64,000 nucleotides of DNA from an uncultured Gemmatimonadales bacterium (GTDB taxonomy: Bacteria > Gemmatimonadota > Gemmatimonadetes > Gemmatimonadales > GWC2-71-9): the NCBI GenBank assembly GCA_963828735.1, contig CAWHFW010000004.1:160001-224000 (forward strand), given 5' to 3'. Below are positions 45,141 to 53,766 of the stretch, piece by piece (position 1 is the first letter of the stretch; every line of letters begins with the position of its first letter). The position numbers were made by a program, and so were the translations under genes. The notes below the pieces were generated by a model, which was given only the letters and a program-made list of their open reading frames with translations, searched no databases and had not been told where the DNA came from.

Positions 45141-45998
45141 ATGATCGAGCTCGAGACCATTTCCGACCTGCGCCGCTGGGTCCGAGGCGCGCGCGCGGCG
45201 GACCGCCGCGTCGCCCTGGTGCCGACCATGGGCTACCTCCACGAGGGGCATCTTCGGCTCGTGGACGAGGCCCGTCGTCGGGCCGACGCGGTCGTGATGA
45301 GCGTGTTCGTGAACCCGCTCCAATTCGGGCCCAACGAGGACCTTGCCCGCTATCCGCGCGACCTGCCGCGCGACCGCGCCCTCGCGGAAGCCCGGGGAGT
45401 GGATGCCCTGTTCGTGCCTACCGCGGACGCCATGTACCCCACCGGGTCGGAGATCCGCGTGATCCCGGGTCCCACCGCGGATCGGTGGGAGGGCGCGGCG
45501 CGCCCGGGCCACTTCGCAGGCGTGCTCACCGTCGTGGCCAAGCTGTTCCATCTCGTCGAGCCCGACGTCGCCACCTTCGGGCGGAAGGACATCCAGCAGG
45601 CCGTGCTCGTGCGCCAGATGGTCCACGACCTCGACTGGCGGCTCGACATCGTCGTCGTCCCGACCGTGCGCGAGCCCGACGGGCTGGCGCTCAGCAGCCG
45701 CAATGCCTACCTCGACCCGGCGCAGCGCCGACAGGCCGTCGCCCTCAGCGCGGCCCTCGGCGCGGCGCATGCCGCCTTCACGGCGGGCGAGCGTCGCGCA
45801 TCTGCGGTGGAGGCCGCGATGCGGCGTCGGCTCGACGCGGAGCCGGCCGTGGCGGTCGAGTACCTGGCCATCGCCGAGCCGCGGACGCTCGCGCCCGTCG
45901 ACATGGTCGAGGCGGACACGGTCATCGCGCTCGCCGCCCGGCTCGGACGCACGCGCCTGATCGACAACATCGTTCTGGGCGAGGGCCTCGGCGCATGA
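45141..45998 (+). CDS. panC: Pantoate-beta-alanine ligase
   Basis: VPTMGYLHEGH, FVNPLQF, RPGHF, GLALSSRN, RLIDN. Confidence 0.96.
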   Translation: MIELETISDLRRWVRGARAADRRVALVPTMGYLHEGHLRLVDEARRRADAVVMSVFVNPLQFGPNEDLARYPRDLPRDRALAEARGVDALFVPTADAMYPTGSEIRVIPGPTADRWEGAARPGHFAGVLTVVAKLFHLVEPDVATFGRKDIQQAVLVRQMVHDLDWRLDIVVVPTVREPDGLALSSRNAYLDPAQRRQAVALSAALGAAHAAFTAGERRASAVEAAMRRRLDAEPAVAVEYLAIAEPRTLAPVDMVEADTVIALAARLGRTRLIDNIVLGEGLGA

Positions 45999-46555
45999 CG
46001 GGCGTCGAGCCGGGACTGCCCGCGTGGGCCGTCGCGTCACCCAAGCGCATCGCGCACATTCAGCGCGTCGCCGACCTCGCGGCGGCATGGGCGGCGCGGA
46101 TGCGAGTGACCGGCGCCGAGCGGGCCAGGTGGCTCCGCGCGGTGTGGCTGCACGATGCGCTGCGTGATGCGGACGAGGCGGCCCTCGCCCGGTGGGCGCC
46201 GGACACGCCCGGCTCGCGCTCGCTGCGCCACGGGCCGGCCAGCGCATCGCACGCCGAAGCGGATGGCGAGGCCGATCGCGGCGTGCTCGATGCCGTGCGA
46301 TACCATTCGGTGGGCTTCGCCGGCTGGGACATGGTAGGCCGGGTGCTCTACTGCGCGGACTATCTGGAGCCCGGGCGCGAGTTCGATCGCGAGTGGCGCG
46401 CGGCGCTGGCGGCGCGCTTTCCCGAGGATTCGCCCGCGGTGCTGTCCGAGGTCGCGGCGCGGCGCGTCACCCACGTTGTGCAGACTCGGTGGCCGTTGAT
46501 CGAGCCGACGGTGAGCTTTTGGAACAGTCTCGTCGCGTCGTCCGGGCCGCGCTAG
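45995..46555 (+). CDS. HD-domain protein, YqeK-like (possible Ap4A hydrolase)
   Basis: RIAH, LHD, HG, RYHS, ADYLEPGR. Confidence 0.75.
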   Translation: MTGVEPGLPAWAVASPKRIAHIQRVADLAAAWAARMRVTGAERARWLRAVWLHDALRDADEAALARWAPDTPGSRSLRHGPASASHAEADGEADRGVLDAVRYHSVGFAGWDMVGRVLYCADYLEPGREFDREWRAALAARFPEDSPAVLSEVAARRVTHVVQTRWPLIEPTVSFWNSLVASSGPR

Positions 46556-46944
46556 TCGCGTCGGGCGCGTTCGCGCTGCTCGGCGTGCTGGCGCTGCTGC
46601 TTCAGCCCAGACGCGAGCAGGTGCCCGGCCACGCGTATCCCGTTCCGGCGCCCGGAAAACGCATCCGGGTGGAAGTGCTGAACGGCACGCGGCGTCCGGG
46701 TTTCGCGCGGACGGCGACTCGCGCCCTCCGGGAGCGAGGACTGGACGTCGTCTTCTTCGGGACCGGACCCGCGGCGGATTCCACGCGCATCTTCGTTCGG
46801 CGGGGAGATCCGGGGCAGGGAAAGGACGTGGCGGAAGCGCTCGGCGTCGGACGTGTGGTTCTCCAGCCGGACACGCTCCGCCGAGTGGATGTGAGCGTCC
46901 TGCTGGGAAACGACTGGCGACCGAGGCTGCCGCTGCATCCCTGA
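46519..46944 (+). CDS. Membrane-anchored LytR C-terminal domain protein
   Basis: TM then VEVLNGTRRPGFA...DVSVLLGND; TTG start inferred. Confidence 0.8.
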   Translation: MEQSRRVVRAALVASGAFALLGVLALLLQPRREQVPGHAYPVPAPGKRIRVEVLNGTRRPGFARTATRALRERGLDVVFFGTGPAADSTRIFVRRGDPGQGKDVAEALGVGRVVLQPDTLRRVDVSVLLGNDWRPRLPLHP

Positions 46945-46964
46945 CGCCCCGTCCCTTCGCTCCG

Positions 46965-48305
46965 CTACACCACCCCGATGACGACATCCATCACGTTCGT
47001 CCCCGTCAGCCCCACTCTCAGCAGGGCTCCCGCCGCGTCCAGCGCCCGGTAGGCGTCGTGCGCCGCCAGGTCCCGCTCGGGATCCCGACCCGAGGTCGCC
47101 GCGGCGCGCCAGGTGCCGCCGTCCACGATCGCACCCGCAGCGTCGGTCGGACCGTCGCGACCGTCGGTGCCGGCGGCCATGAGCGCCACGCCCGATCGCG
47201 CGCCGTCCAGCGCCCGGGCCGCCGAGAGTGCCAGCTCCTGGCACCGCCCGCCGAGTCCAGGAGAAGCGTCGCCCAAGGTCACGGTCGTCTCACCGCCCCA
47301 GATGAAGCAGCGGCTCGGCGCGACTGGTTGCGGGATGTTCCGGGGACCGCAATGTTGTAGCAGAAGAGCGGCTACACTCGCGCCTGTCGCCCATGCCTCC
47401 CCGGCGAGCGGCGTCTCAGCCACCTCGGGCGCGAGGCCCAACTCAGCCGCCCGTCTGGCCGCAGCTTCGACGGCCAGTCTGTTACTGGCGATCACTTCGA
47501 GGGTCACGCGCGCGAAGGCCTGATCTCCGGGCTTTGGCGTTTCGGCTGTTTCCCCCGATTCCGACGCCAGCAGGAGCCGTTGGGCGGCCGCCGGAATACG
47601 GGTCCAGAGCCCGGCCTGCTCGAGTTGGCGGTGGACTTCCGCCGCGGTGGTGGGGTCGGGGACGCAGGGGCCGGAGCCGATCGAAGCGAGGTCGTCGCCG
47701 ATGACGTCGGAGACGACGAACACCCGTACCCGCGCCGGCGCGAGCGCCGCGGCGAGCCGTCCGCCGCCCCAGCGCGAAAAGCGCTTGCGGATCCGGTTCA
47801 TGGCGGTGATATCGAGGCCGGATCCGAGGAGGAGACCGTACAACGCGGTCAGCTCCGCCGGCGCGAGTCCGGGGACCGGCGCCGCGAGCAGGCTCGAGGC
47901 GCCGCCGGAGAGCAGCACCCAGACCTCGTCCGGCGACCCGACCCGACTGGTCGCCTGCGCCAATGCTTCCGCCGCGGCGAGCGAGCCCGGCCCGGGCTCG
48001 GGATGATCCCCGCGGATCGTGCGGATGCCGGGATGCGGTGTTGCCTCCGCCGCGGGGGCGACGAGGAGTCCGCCTGCCGGCTCCTGACCCCACGCGCCGA
48101 GGGTCTCGACGGCGGCGCGGGCCATCGGGCCAGCCGCCTTCCCGAGCGCGAAGATCCAGGGGGAGGCAGGGGTGCGGTCGAGGAGGCTCAGCCTCGCCGA
48201 GAGCGCCGGGCCGGGATCAACCGCCCGGGTGGCAACCGTGTAGAGCTCGGTGAGGAGCTCCCGTGGGGACAAATCCGAGTGGGAACGAGCGGCGGACGCG
48301 GGCAA
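46965..48305 (-). CDS. gck: Glycerate 2-kinase (class II, MOFRL/TtuD family)
   Basis: ALGKAA, HPEP, LSGGASSL, SDVIGDD, IGSGP, GGETTV, GGRCQE, GTDGRDG, TGTNVMD. Confidence 0.9.
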   Translation of the reverse strand: MPASAARSHSDLSPRELLTELYTVATRAVDPGPALSARLSLLDRTPASPWIFALGKAAGPMARAAVETLGAWGQEPAGGLLVAPAAEATPHPGIRTIRGDHPEPGPGSLAAAEALAQATSRVGSPDEVWVLLSGGASSLLAAPVPGLAPAELTALYGLLLGSGLDITAMNRIRKRFSRWGGGRLAAALAPARVRVFVVSDVIGDDLASIGSGPCVPDPTTAAEVHRQLEQAGLWTRIPAAAQRLLLASESGETAETPKPGDQAFARVTLEVIASNRLAVEAAARRAAELGLAPEVAETPLAGEAWATGASVAALLLQHCGPRNIPQPVAPSRCFIWGGETTVTLGDASPGLGGRCQELALSAARALDGARSGVALMAAGTDGRDGPTDAAGAIVDGGTWRAAATSGRDPERDLAAHDAYRALDAAGALLRVGLTGTNVMDVVIGVV

Positions 48306-48315
48306 GATCGCAGCC

Positions 48316-48368
48316 TTGTGAAAAAAAGCACAAAGTGCTATACATGGGCTGACGCATAAAAATTCAGC
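48316..48368 (+). promoter_or_regulatory. Putative promoter/operator region of the divergent gck / sga cluster
   Basis: AT-rich island; TTGTGA-N17-TATACA; palindromes AGCAC-AAA-GTGCT (48327-48339) and GCTGA-N11-TCAGC (48348-48368). Confidence 0.5.
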
Positions 48369-48461
48369 GGGCAGTATGAGCTTCAGCGCCTGCTAATGTA
48401 CTCTGATCAGGCGGGGGCGTCGCGCCTCCGCCGGGGCTTCCTTCCTCCTGAGGGCTCGCGC

Positions 48462-49724
48462 ATGGCCGGCCGCAACTTCCTCCTCGTTCCGGGGCCTACG
48501 AACACGCCCGACCGTATCCTCCGCGCCATGCATGTCGCGATGGAGGACCACCGGTCGTCCGACTTCCCCAAGCTCGCCGCCCCGGTGCTCGAGAACCTGA
48601 AGAAGATCTTCAAGACGTCGACGGGGCAGCCCTACATTTTCCCCGCCAGCGGCACGGGCGCGTGGGAGGCGTCGCTGTCGAACACGCTGAGCCCCGGCGA
48701 CCGCGTCCTCGCGGCCCGGTTCGGCATGTTCAGCCACCTCTGGATCGACATGGCCCAGCGGCTGGGCCTCAAGGTGGACGTGCTCGACACCGAGTGGGGC
48801 GAGGGCGCCCCGGTCGAGCGGTATCACGAGGCGCTCGCCGCCGACAAGAACCACGAGATCAAGGCCGTACTGTTCACCCACAACGAGACGGCCACCGGAG
48901 TCACCAGCGACGTGGCCGGGATGCGCAAGGCGCTCGACGACGCGAAGCATCCCGCGCTCCTCATGGTGGACGGCGTGAGCTCGATCGCGAGCATCGACTT
49001 CCGGATGGACGAGTGGGGCGTCGACTGCGCCGTCACCGGTTCCCAGAAGGGCCTAATGCTTCCGGCCGGCCTCGGCATCGTGTGCGTGAGCCAGAAGGCT
49101 GCGGCGCAGTACGAGAAGGCCAGGCTGCCGCGGGTCTTCTTCGATTTCGGCGACATGAAGAAGGCGAACGCGACGGGGTACTTCCCGTACACGCCGTCGC
49201 TTCCGATGCTGTACGGCCTCCGCGAGTCGCTCGCGGTCCTGTTCGAGGAAGGGCTCGAGAACGTCTTCGCCCGGCATCACCGGCTCGCCGAGGGCACCCG
49301 TGCCGCCGTGAAGGCCTGGGGGCTCGAGCTCTGCGCCCGCGAGCCGCGGTGGCACTCGGACACGGTGAGCGCGATCATGGTGCCGCCCGGCATCAACGGC
49401 GCCGAGGTCATCGACGTGGCCTACCGCCGCTACAATCTGGCGCTCGGCGCGGGTCTCGCGCGGATGGCGGGGCGGCTCTTCCGCATCGGCCACCTCGGCG
49501 ATTTGAACGAGTGCATGCTCCTCGGCGGCCTCGCCGGCGCGGAGATGGCGATGCGCGACGTGGGCATCAAGGTGACGCCCGGGAGCGGGGTGGCCGCGGC
49601 CGAGGAATACTGGCGCGGCACGGCGAAGCCGCTCGAGCAGCGGGAGCTTCCGCCGCGCGCCCCCGATGCCCAGCCCGCGGCCCCGACGGCGAAGGAGAAG
49701 GCGACCGCCGGCGTCGCTCGATGA
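48462..49724 (+). CDS. sgaA: Serine-glyoxylate aminotransferase
   Basis: GRNFLLVPGPTN, EDHRS, SGTGAWE, HNETATGV, VDGVSS, GSQKG, FRIGHLG. Confidence 0.9.
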   Translation: MAGRNFLLVPGPTNTPDRILRAMHVAMEDHRSSDFPKLAAPVLENLKKIFKTSTGQPYIFPASGTGAWEASLSNTLSPGDRVLAARFGMFSHLWIDMAQRLGLKVDVLDTEWGEGAPVERYHEALAADKNHEIKAVLFTHNETATGVTSDVAGMRKALDDAKHPALLMVDGVSSIASIDFRMDEWGVDCAVTGSQKGLMLPAGLGIVCVSQKAAAQYEKARLPRVFFDFGDMKKANATGYFPYTPSLPMLYGLRESLAVLFEEGLENVFARHHRLAEGTRAAVKAWGLELCAREPRWHSDTVSAIMVPPGINGAEVIDVAYRRYNLALGAGLARMAGRLFRIGHLGDLNECMLLGGLAGAEMAMRDVGIKVTPGSGVAAAEEYWRGTAKPLEQRELPPRAPDAQPAAPTAKEKATAGVAR

Positions 49725-50659
49725 GCCACACCCGCGTCGAGCCCGCCCGTCAGCGGCTGCAGCGCAGCGAGCTGGCCGTGCCCGGATCGAGTCCGGGCAT
49801 GTTCGCGAAGGCGCTCGACAGCGCCGCCGACTACATCTTCCTCGATCTCGAGGACGCGGTGGCGCCGGGGGACAAGGAGTCCGCGCGGACCAACGTGATC
49901 CGCGCGCTGCAGGAGCACGAGTGGCGCGGTCGCGGCAAGACGATCTCGGTGCGGATCAACGGCATCGACACCCACTACATGTATCGCGACGTGGTGGACG
50001 TCGTGGAGCAGGCCGGCCATCGGCTCGACACGATCCTGATTCCCAAGGTGGGCGTTCCCGCGGACGTCTACCTCGTGGACGCGCTGCTGACGCAGATCGA
50101 GCAGGCGAAGGGCATCCCCCACCGCATCGGCATCGACGTGTTGATCGAGACCGCGCTCGGCATGGCCAACGTCGAGGCGATCGCGCAGTCCAGCCGGCGG
50201 CTCGAGGCCATGCACTTCGGGGTCGCCGACTACTCGGCGAGCTGTCGCGCGCGCACCGTGGTGATCGGCGGCCTCAACCCCGACTACCCGGGTGATCAGT
50301 GGCACGCCGCGCTCTCGCGGATGATCGTCGCCTGCCGCGCCTACGGCCTTCGCCCCATTGACGGGCCCTTCGGCGACTTCAAGGATCCGGATGGCTATCG
50401 GCTCGCCGCGAAGCGCGCCGCGGCGCTCGGCATCGAGGGAAAGTGGGCCATCCATCCCTCGCAGATCGCGCTGGCCAACGAGGTGTTCAGCCCTCCGCCG
50501 GCCGAGGTGGATCGGGCGAAACGCATCCTGGTCGCGCTCGACGAGGCCGCGCGGGACGGGCGCGGCGCGGCGCAGCTCGACGGGCGGATGATCGACGCCG
50601 CCTCCGCGCGGATGGCGCAGAACATCGTTCACATGCACGAGGCCATCGAGAAGGCCTGA
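49721..50659 (+). CDS. mcl: L-malyl-CoA lyase (CitE superfamily)
   Basis: [58 protein letters not shown]. Confidence 0.88.
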   Translation: MSHTRVEPARQRLQRSELAVPGSSPGMFAKALDSAADYIFLDLEDAVAPGDKESARTNVIRALQEHEWRGRGKTISVRINGIDTHYMYRDVVDVVEQAGHRLDTILIPKVGVPADVYLVDALLTQIEQAKGIPHRIGIDVLIETALGMANVEAIAQSSRRLEAMHFGVADYSASCRARTVVIGGLNPDYPGDQWHAALSRMIVACRAYGLRPIDGPFGDFKDPDGYRLAAKRAAALGIEGKWAIHPSQIALANEVFSPPPAEVDRAKRILVALDEAARDGRGAAQLDGRMIDAASARMAQNIVHMHEAIEKA

Positions 50660-50693
50660 CCGCGACTCCGACCCACGACTCGAGATCGCCACC

Positions 50694-51887
50694 ATGGACA
50701 TCCACGAATACCAGGCCAAGGAGCTGCTCGCAGGTTTCGGCGTGGCCATCCCGCGTGGCGGGGTGGCCTACAGTCCGGAACAGGCGGTCTACCGCGCGTC
50801 GGAGATCGGCGGCACTCGCTGGGCCGTGAAGGCGCAGATCCATTCGGGCGCCCGCGGCAAGGCGGGCGGGATCAAGCTCTGCTCCAACGAGGACGAGGTC
50901 CGGCAGGCCGCGAAGGGCCTGCTCGGCAAGCGACTGGTGACCCACCAGACCGGTCCCGAGGGTCGCACGGTCCACCGTCTCTACGTCGAGGCGGCGGTGC
51001 CGATCGACCGCGAGATCTATCTGGGGTTCGTGCTGGACCGGAAGAGCGAGCGGGTGATGATCGTCGCCTCGGCGCAGGGCGGGATGGAGATCGAGGAGAT
51101 CTCCGAGCGCTCGCCGGACGCGATCATCCGCTCGGTGGTCGAGCCTGCGGTGGGCCTCACCGCCTTCCAGGCGCGGGAGATCGCCTTCGCCCTCGGCCTC
51201 GATTCCGCCCAGGTGACCCGCGCCGTGACCACCTTGCTCGGCTGCTACCGGGCGTTCCGCGACCTCGACGCGACCATGGTGGAGATCAACCCGCTCGTGG
51301 CCACGACGGACGGCCAGCTCTTCGCGCTCGACTGCAAGATGACGTTCGACGACAACGCGCTGTTCCGGCGGCCGAACGTGAGCGAGCTGCGCGACTACGC
51401 CGAGGAGGATCCGCGGGAGTCCCAGGCCGCCGAGTACGGGATCAATTACGTCGCGCTCGACGGCGAGATCGGCTGCATCGTGAACGGCGCGGGCCTCGCG
51501 ATGGGCACGATGGACCTGATCAAGCACGCCGGCAGCTCGCCGGCCAACTTCCTCGACGTAGGCGGCGGCGCCTCGCCGGAGAAGGTGTGCAATGCCTTTC
51601 GTCTGGTGCTCGCGGATCCGAAGGTCAAGGCGATCCTCGTGAACATCTTCGCCGGGATCAACCGCTGCGACTGGGTGGCCCAGGGCGTGGTCTATGCCGT
51701 GAAGGAGCTCAAGCCCGCCGTGCCCCTGGTGGTGCGGCTCGCGGGCACGAACGTCGAGGAGGGCCGCAAGATCCTGAAGGACAGCGGCCTCGACCTGGTC
51801 ACCGCGGATACCCTTACCGAGGCGGCCGAGAAGGTCGTCGCCGCCCTCAAGGCCTCGGGCAGCACGGCCGGAAACGGAAAGCCATGA
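50694..51887 (+). CDS. mtkA: Malate-CoA ligase (malate thiokinase) large subunit
   Basis: [47 protein letters not shown] (MtkA-like rather than SucC NIFGGI.RCD); gene context. Confidence 0.85.
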   Translation: MDIHEYQAKELLAGFGVAIPRGGVAYSPEQAVYRASEIGGTRWAVKAQIHSGARGKAGGIKLCSNEDEVRQAAKGLLGKRLVTHQTGPEGRTVHRLYVEAAVPIDREIYLGFVLDRKSERVMIVASAQGGMEIEEISERSPDAIIRSVVEPAVGLTAFQAREIAFALGLDSAQVTRAVTTLLGCYRAFRDLDATMVEINPLVATTDGQLFALDCKMTFDDNALFRRPNVSELRDYAEEDPRESQAAEYGINYVALDGEIGCIVNGAGLAMGTMDLIKHAGSSPANFLDVGGGASPEKVCNAFRLVLADPKVKAILVNIFAGINRCDWVAQGVVYAVKELKPAVPLVVRLAGTNVEEGRKILKDSGLDLVTADTLTEAAEKVVAALKASGSTAGNGKP

Positions 51888-52795
51888 GCATCCTGATCGA
51901 CGAACGGACGCGCGTGATCATCCAGGGCTTCACGGGCGACAAGGGCTCCTTCCACGGCAAGGAGATGGCCGCGTACGGCACCAACCTGGTGGGCGGCGTC
52001 ACGCCAGGGAAGGGCGGCAAGCGGCACCTCGACCGGCCGGTCTTCAACACCGTCAAGGAAGCGGTCCGCGAGGCCGGCGCCGAGGCGACCATCATCTTCG
52101 TACCGGCCGCGTTCTGCGCGGACTCGATCATGGAAGCGGCCGACGCCGGCGTCCGGCTGATCTGCGCCATCACCGACGGGATCCCGGCGCAGGACATGAT
52201 GATGGTGAAGCGGTATCTGTGGCGATATCCCAAGGAGAGGCGCTCGACGGCGATCGGCCCCAACTGCGCCGGCATCATCAGTCCGGGCAAGGCCATGCTC
52301 GGCATCATGCCGGGCCACATCTACAAGCGCGGCACGGTGGGTCTGGTGACGCGATCCGGCACGCTGGGCTACGAGGCCGCGTCGCAGATGAAGGCGGTCG
52401 GTATCGGCATCTCGACCAGCGTCGGCATCGGCGGCGATCCGATCAACGGCAGCTCGTTCGTGGACATCCTGCAGCGCTTCGAGGAGGATCCCGAGACCGA
52501 GGCCGTCATGATGATCGGGGAGATCGGCGGCCCCCAGGAGGCGGAGGCAGCCCGGTTCGCGAAGGCGAACATGAAGAAGCCGGTCATCGGGTACGTGGCC
52601 GGCCTGACCGCGCCGAAGGGCCGCCGCATGGGACACGCGGGCGCCATCATCCGCGCCTTCGGGGAGAGCGCGGCCGAGAAGGTGGAGATCATGAAGGAGG
52701 CGGGGCTCACGGTGGTCCACAGCCCGGCCGACCTCGGCGCCACGACCGCGACGGTGCTGGGCGGGCTGTCCAAGCGCGTGGCGGTCGCGACGTGA
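51884..52795 (+). CDS. mtkB: Malate-CoA ligase small subunit (SucD family)
   Basis: [43 protein letters not shown]. Confidence 0.85.
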   Translation: MSILIDERTRVIIQGFTGDKGSFHGKEMAAYGTNLVGGVTPGKGGKRHLDRPVFNTVKEAVREAGAEATIIFVPAAFCADSIMEAADAGVRLICAITDGIPAQDMMMVKRYLWRYPKERRSTAIGPNCAGIISPGKAMLGIMPGHIYKRGTVGLVTRSGTLGYEAASQMKAVGIGISTSVGIGGDPINGSSFVDILQRFEEDPETEAVMMIGEIGGPQEAEAARFAKANMKKPVIGYVAGLTAPKGRRMGHAGAIIRAFGESAAEKVEIMKEAGLTVVHSPADLGATTATVLGGLSKRVAVAT

Positions 52796-53766
52796 GCGGG
52801 CGGCCGGTGATCGTCGTGACCCGCCGGCTGCCGGAGCCGGTGCACCAGGCGCTCACGCGCGAGTTCGACGCGCGGCTCAACGAGGACGACCGCCCGCTCT
52901 CGTCCGACGGCCTCCGCGACGCGCTCGCCACCGCCGACGCCCTGCTCACCACGGTGACGGACAAGGTGACCGAAGAGGTGCTCGCCGTGGAGCCGCGGCG
53001 CGCCAAGCTGGTGGCCAACTTCGGCGTGGGCTTCAACAACATCGACGTCGAGGCCGCGAAGGCCCGAGGCGTCGCCGTCTCGAATACGCCCGACGTCCTG
53101 ACGGATGCCACGGCGGACCTCGCCATGACCCTTCTGCTCATGGTGGCGCGCCGCACGGGGGAAGGCGAGCGCCACCTGCGGGGCGGGCAGTGGACCGGCT
53201 GGCGTCCGACCCACATGCTCGGGACCCAGGTGACCGGGAAGACGCTGGGCCTCGTCGGCATGGGGCGGATCGCGCGCGCGGTGGCGCAGCGCGCCCACCA
53301 CGGCTTCAAAATGAAAGTGATCTATCACGATCCGTTTCCGCCGCCGGCCGACGTGGCCAGCGCCCTCGGCGCCGAGCCGCGCGAGACGCTGGACGACGTG
53401 CTGCGCGAGGCGGACTTCGTCTCGCTCCATTGCCCGGCGCTACCGGAGACGCGGCACCTGATGAACCGGGATCGACTTGCCCGCATGCAGCCGCACGCGT
53501 TCCTCGTGAACACCGCCCGCGGCGACGTGGTGGACGAGGCCGCCCTGGTCGAAGCGCTCGCGTCGAAGCGGATCGCGGGCGCGGGCCTCGACGTGTACGA
53601 ACGCGAGCCGCAGGTGACGCAGGCGCTCACGACCATGGACAACGTCGTGCTCCTCCCCCACCTCGGCAGCGCCACCACCGAAACGCGCGTGGCGATGGGC
53701 ATGCGCGCCGTCGAGAACCTCCAGCTCTTCTTCAGCGGCAAGCCCCTCCGCGATCGCGTCGTGTGA
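52792..53766 (+). CDS. D-glycerate dehydrogenase / hydroxypyruvate-glyoxylate reductase (GyaR-like)
   Basis: NTPDVLT, GMGRIA, SLHCP, NTARG, GLDVYE, LPHLGSAT. Confidence 0.88.
   Translation: MSGRPVIVVTRRLPEPVHQALTREFDARLNEDDRPLSSDGLRDALATADALLTTVTDKVTEEVLAVEPRRAKLVANFGVGFNNIDVEAAKARGVAVSNTPDVLTDATADLAMTLLLMVARRTGEGERHLRGGQWTGWRPTHMLGTQVTGKTLGLVGMGRIARAVAQRAHHGFKMKVIYHDPFPPPADVASALGAEPRETLDDVLREADFVSLHCPALPETRHLMNRDRLARMQPHAFLVNTARGDVVDEAALVEALASKRIAGAGLDVYEREPQVTQALTTMDNVVLLPHLGSATTETRVAMGMRAVENLQLFFSGKPLRDRVV

Noticed and set aside
43891..45998. folK-panBC as a functional part of the serine-cycle cluster (folate and CoA supply)
   Set aside because: folK-panB-panC linkage is common, and these genes belong to the trp-linked transcript; proximity alone is not evidence.
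48345..48461. Glycine or THF riboswitch upstream of sgaA
   Set aside because: No GGAGA/CCGAAG/CTCTCAGG glycine motifs or THF consensus visible.
50694..52795. Ordinary TCA sucCD
   Set aside because: Mtk-like signatures and position directly after mcl favour malate thiokinase, pending phylogeny.
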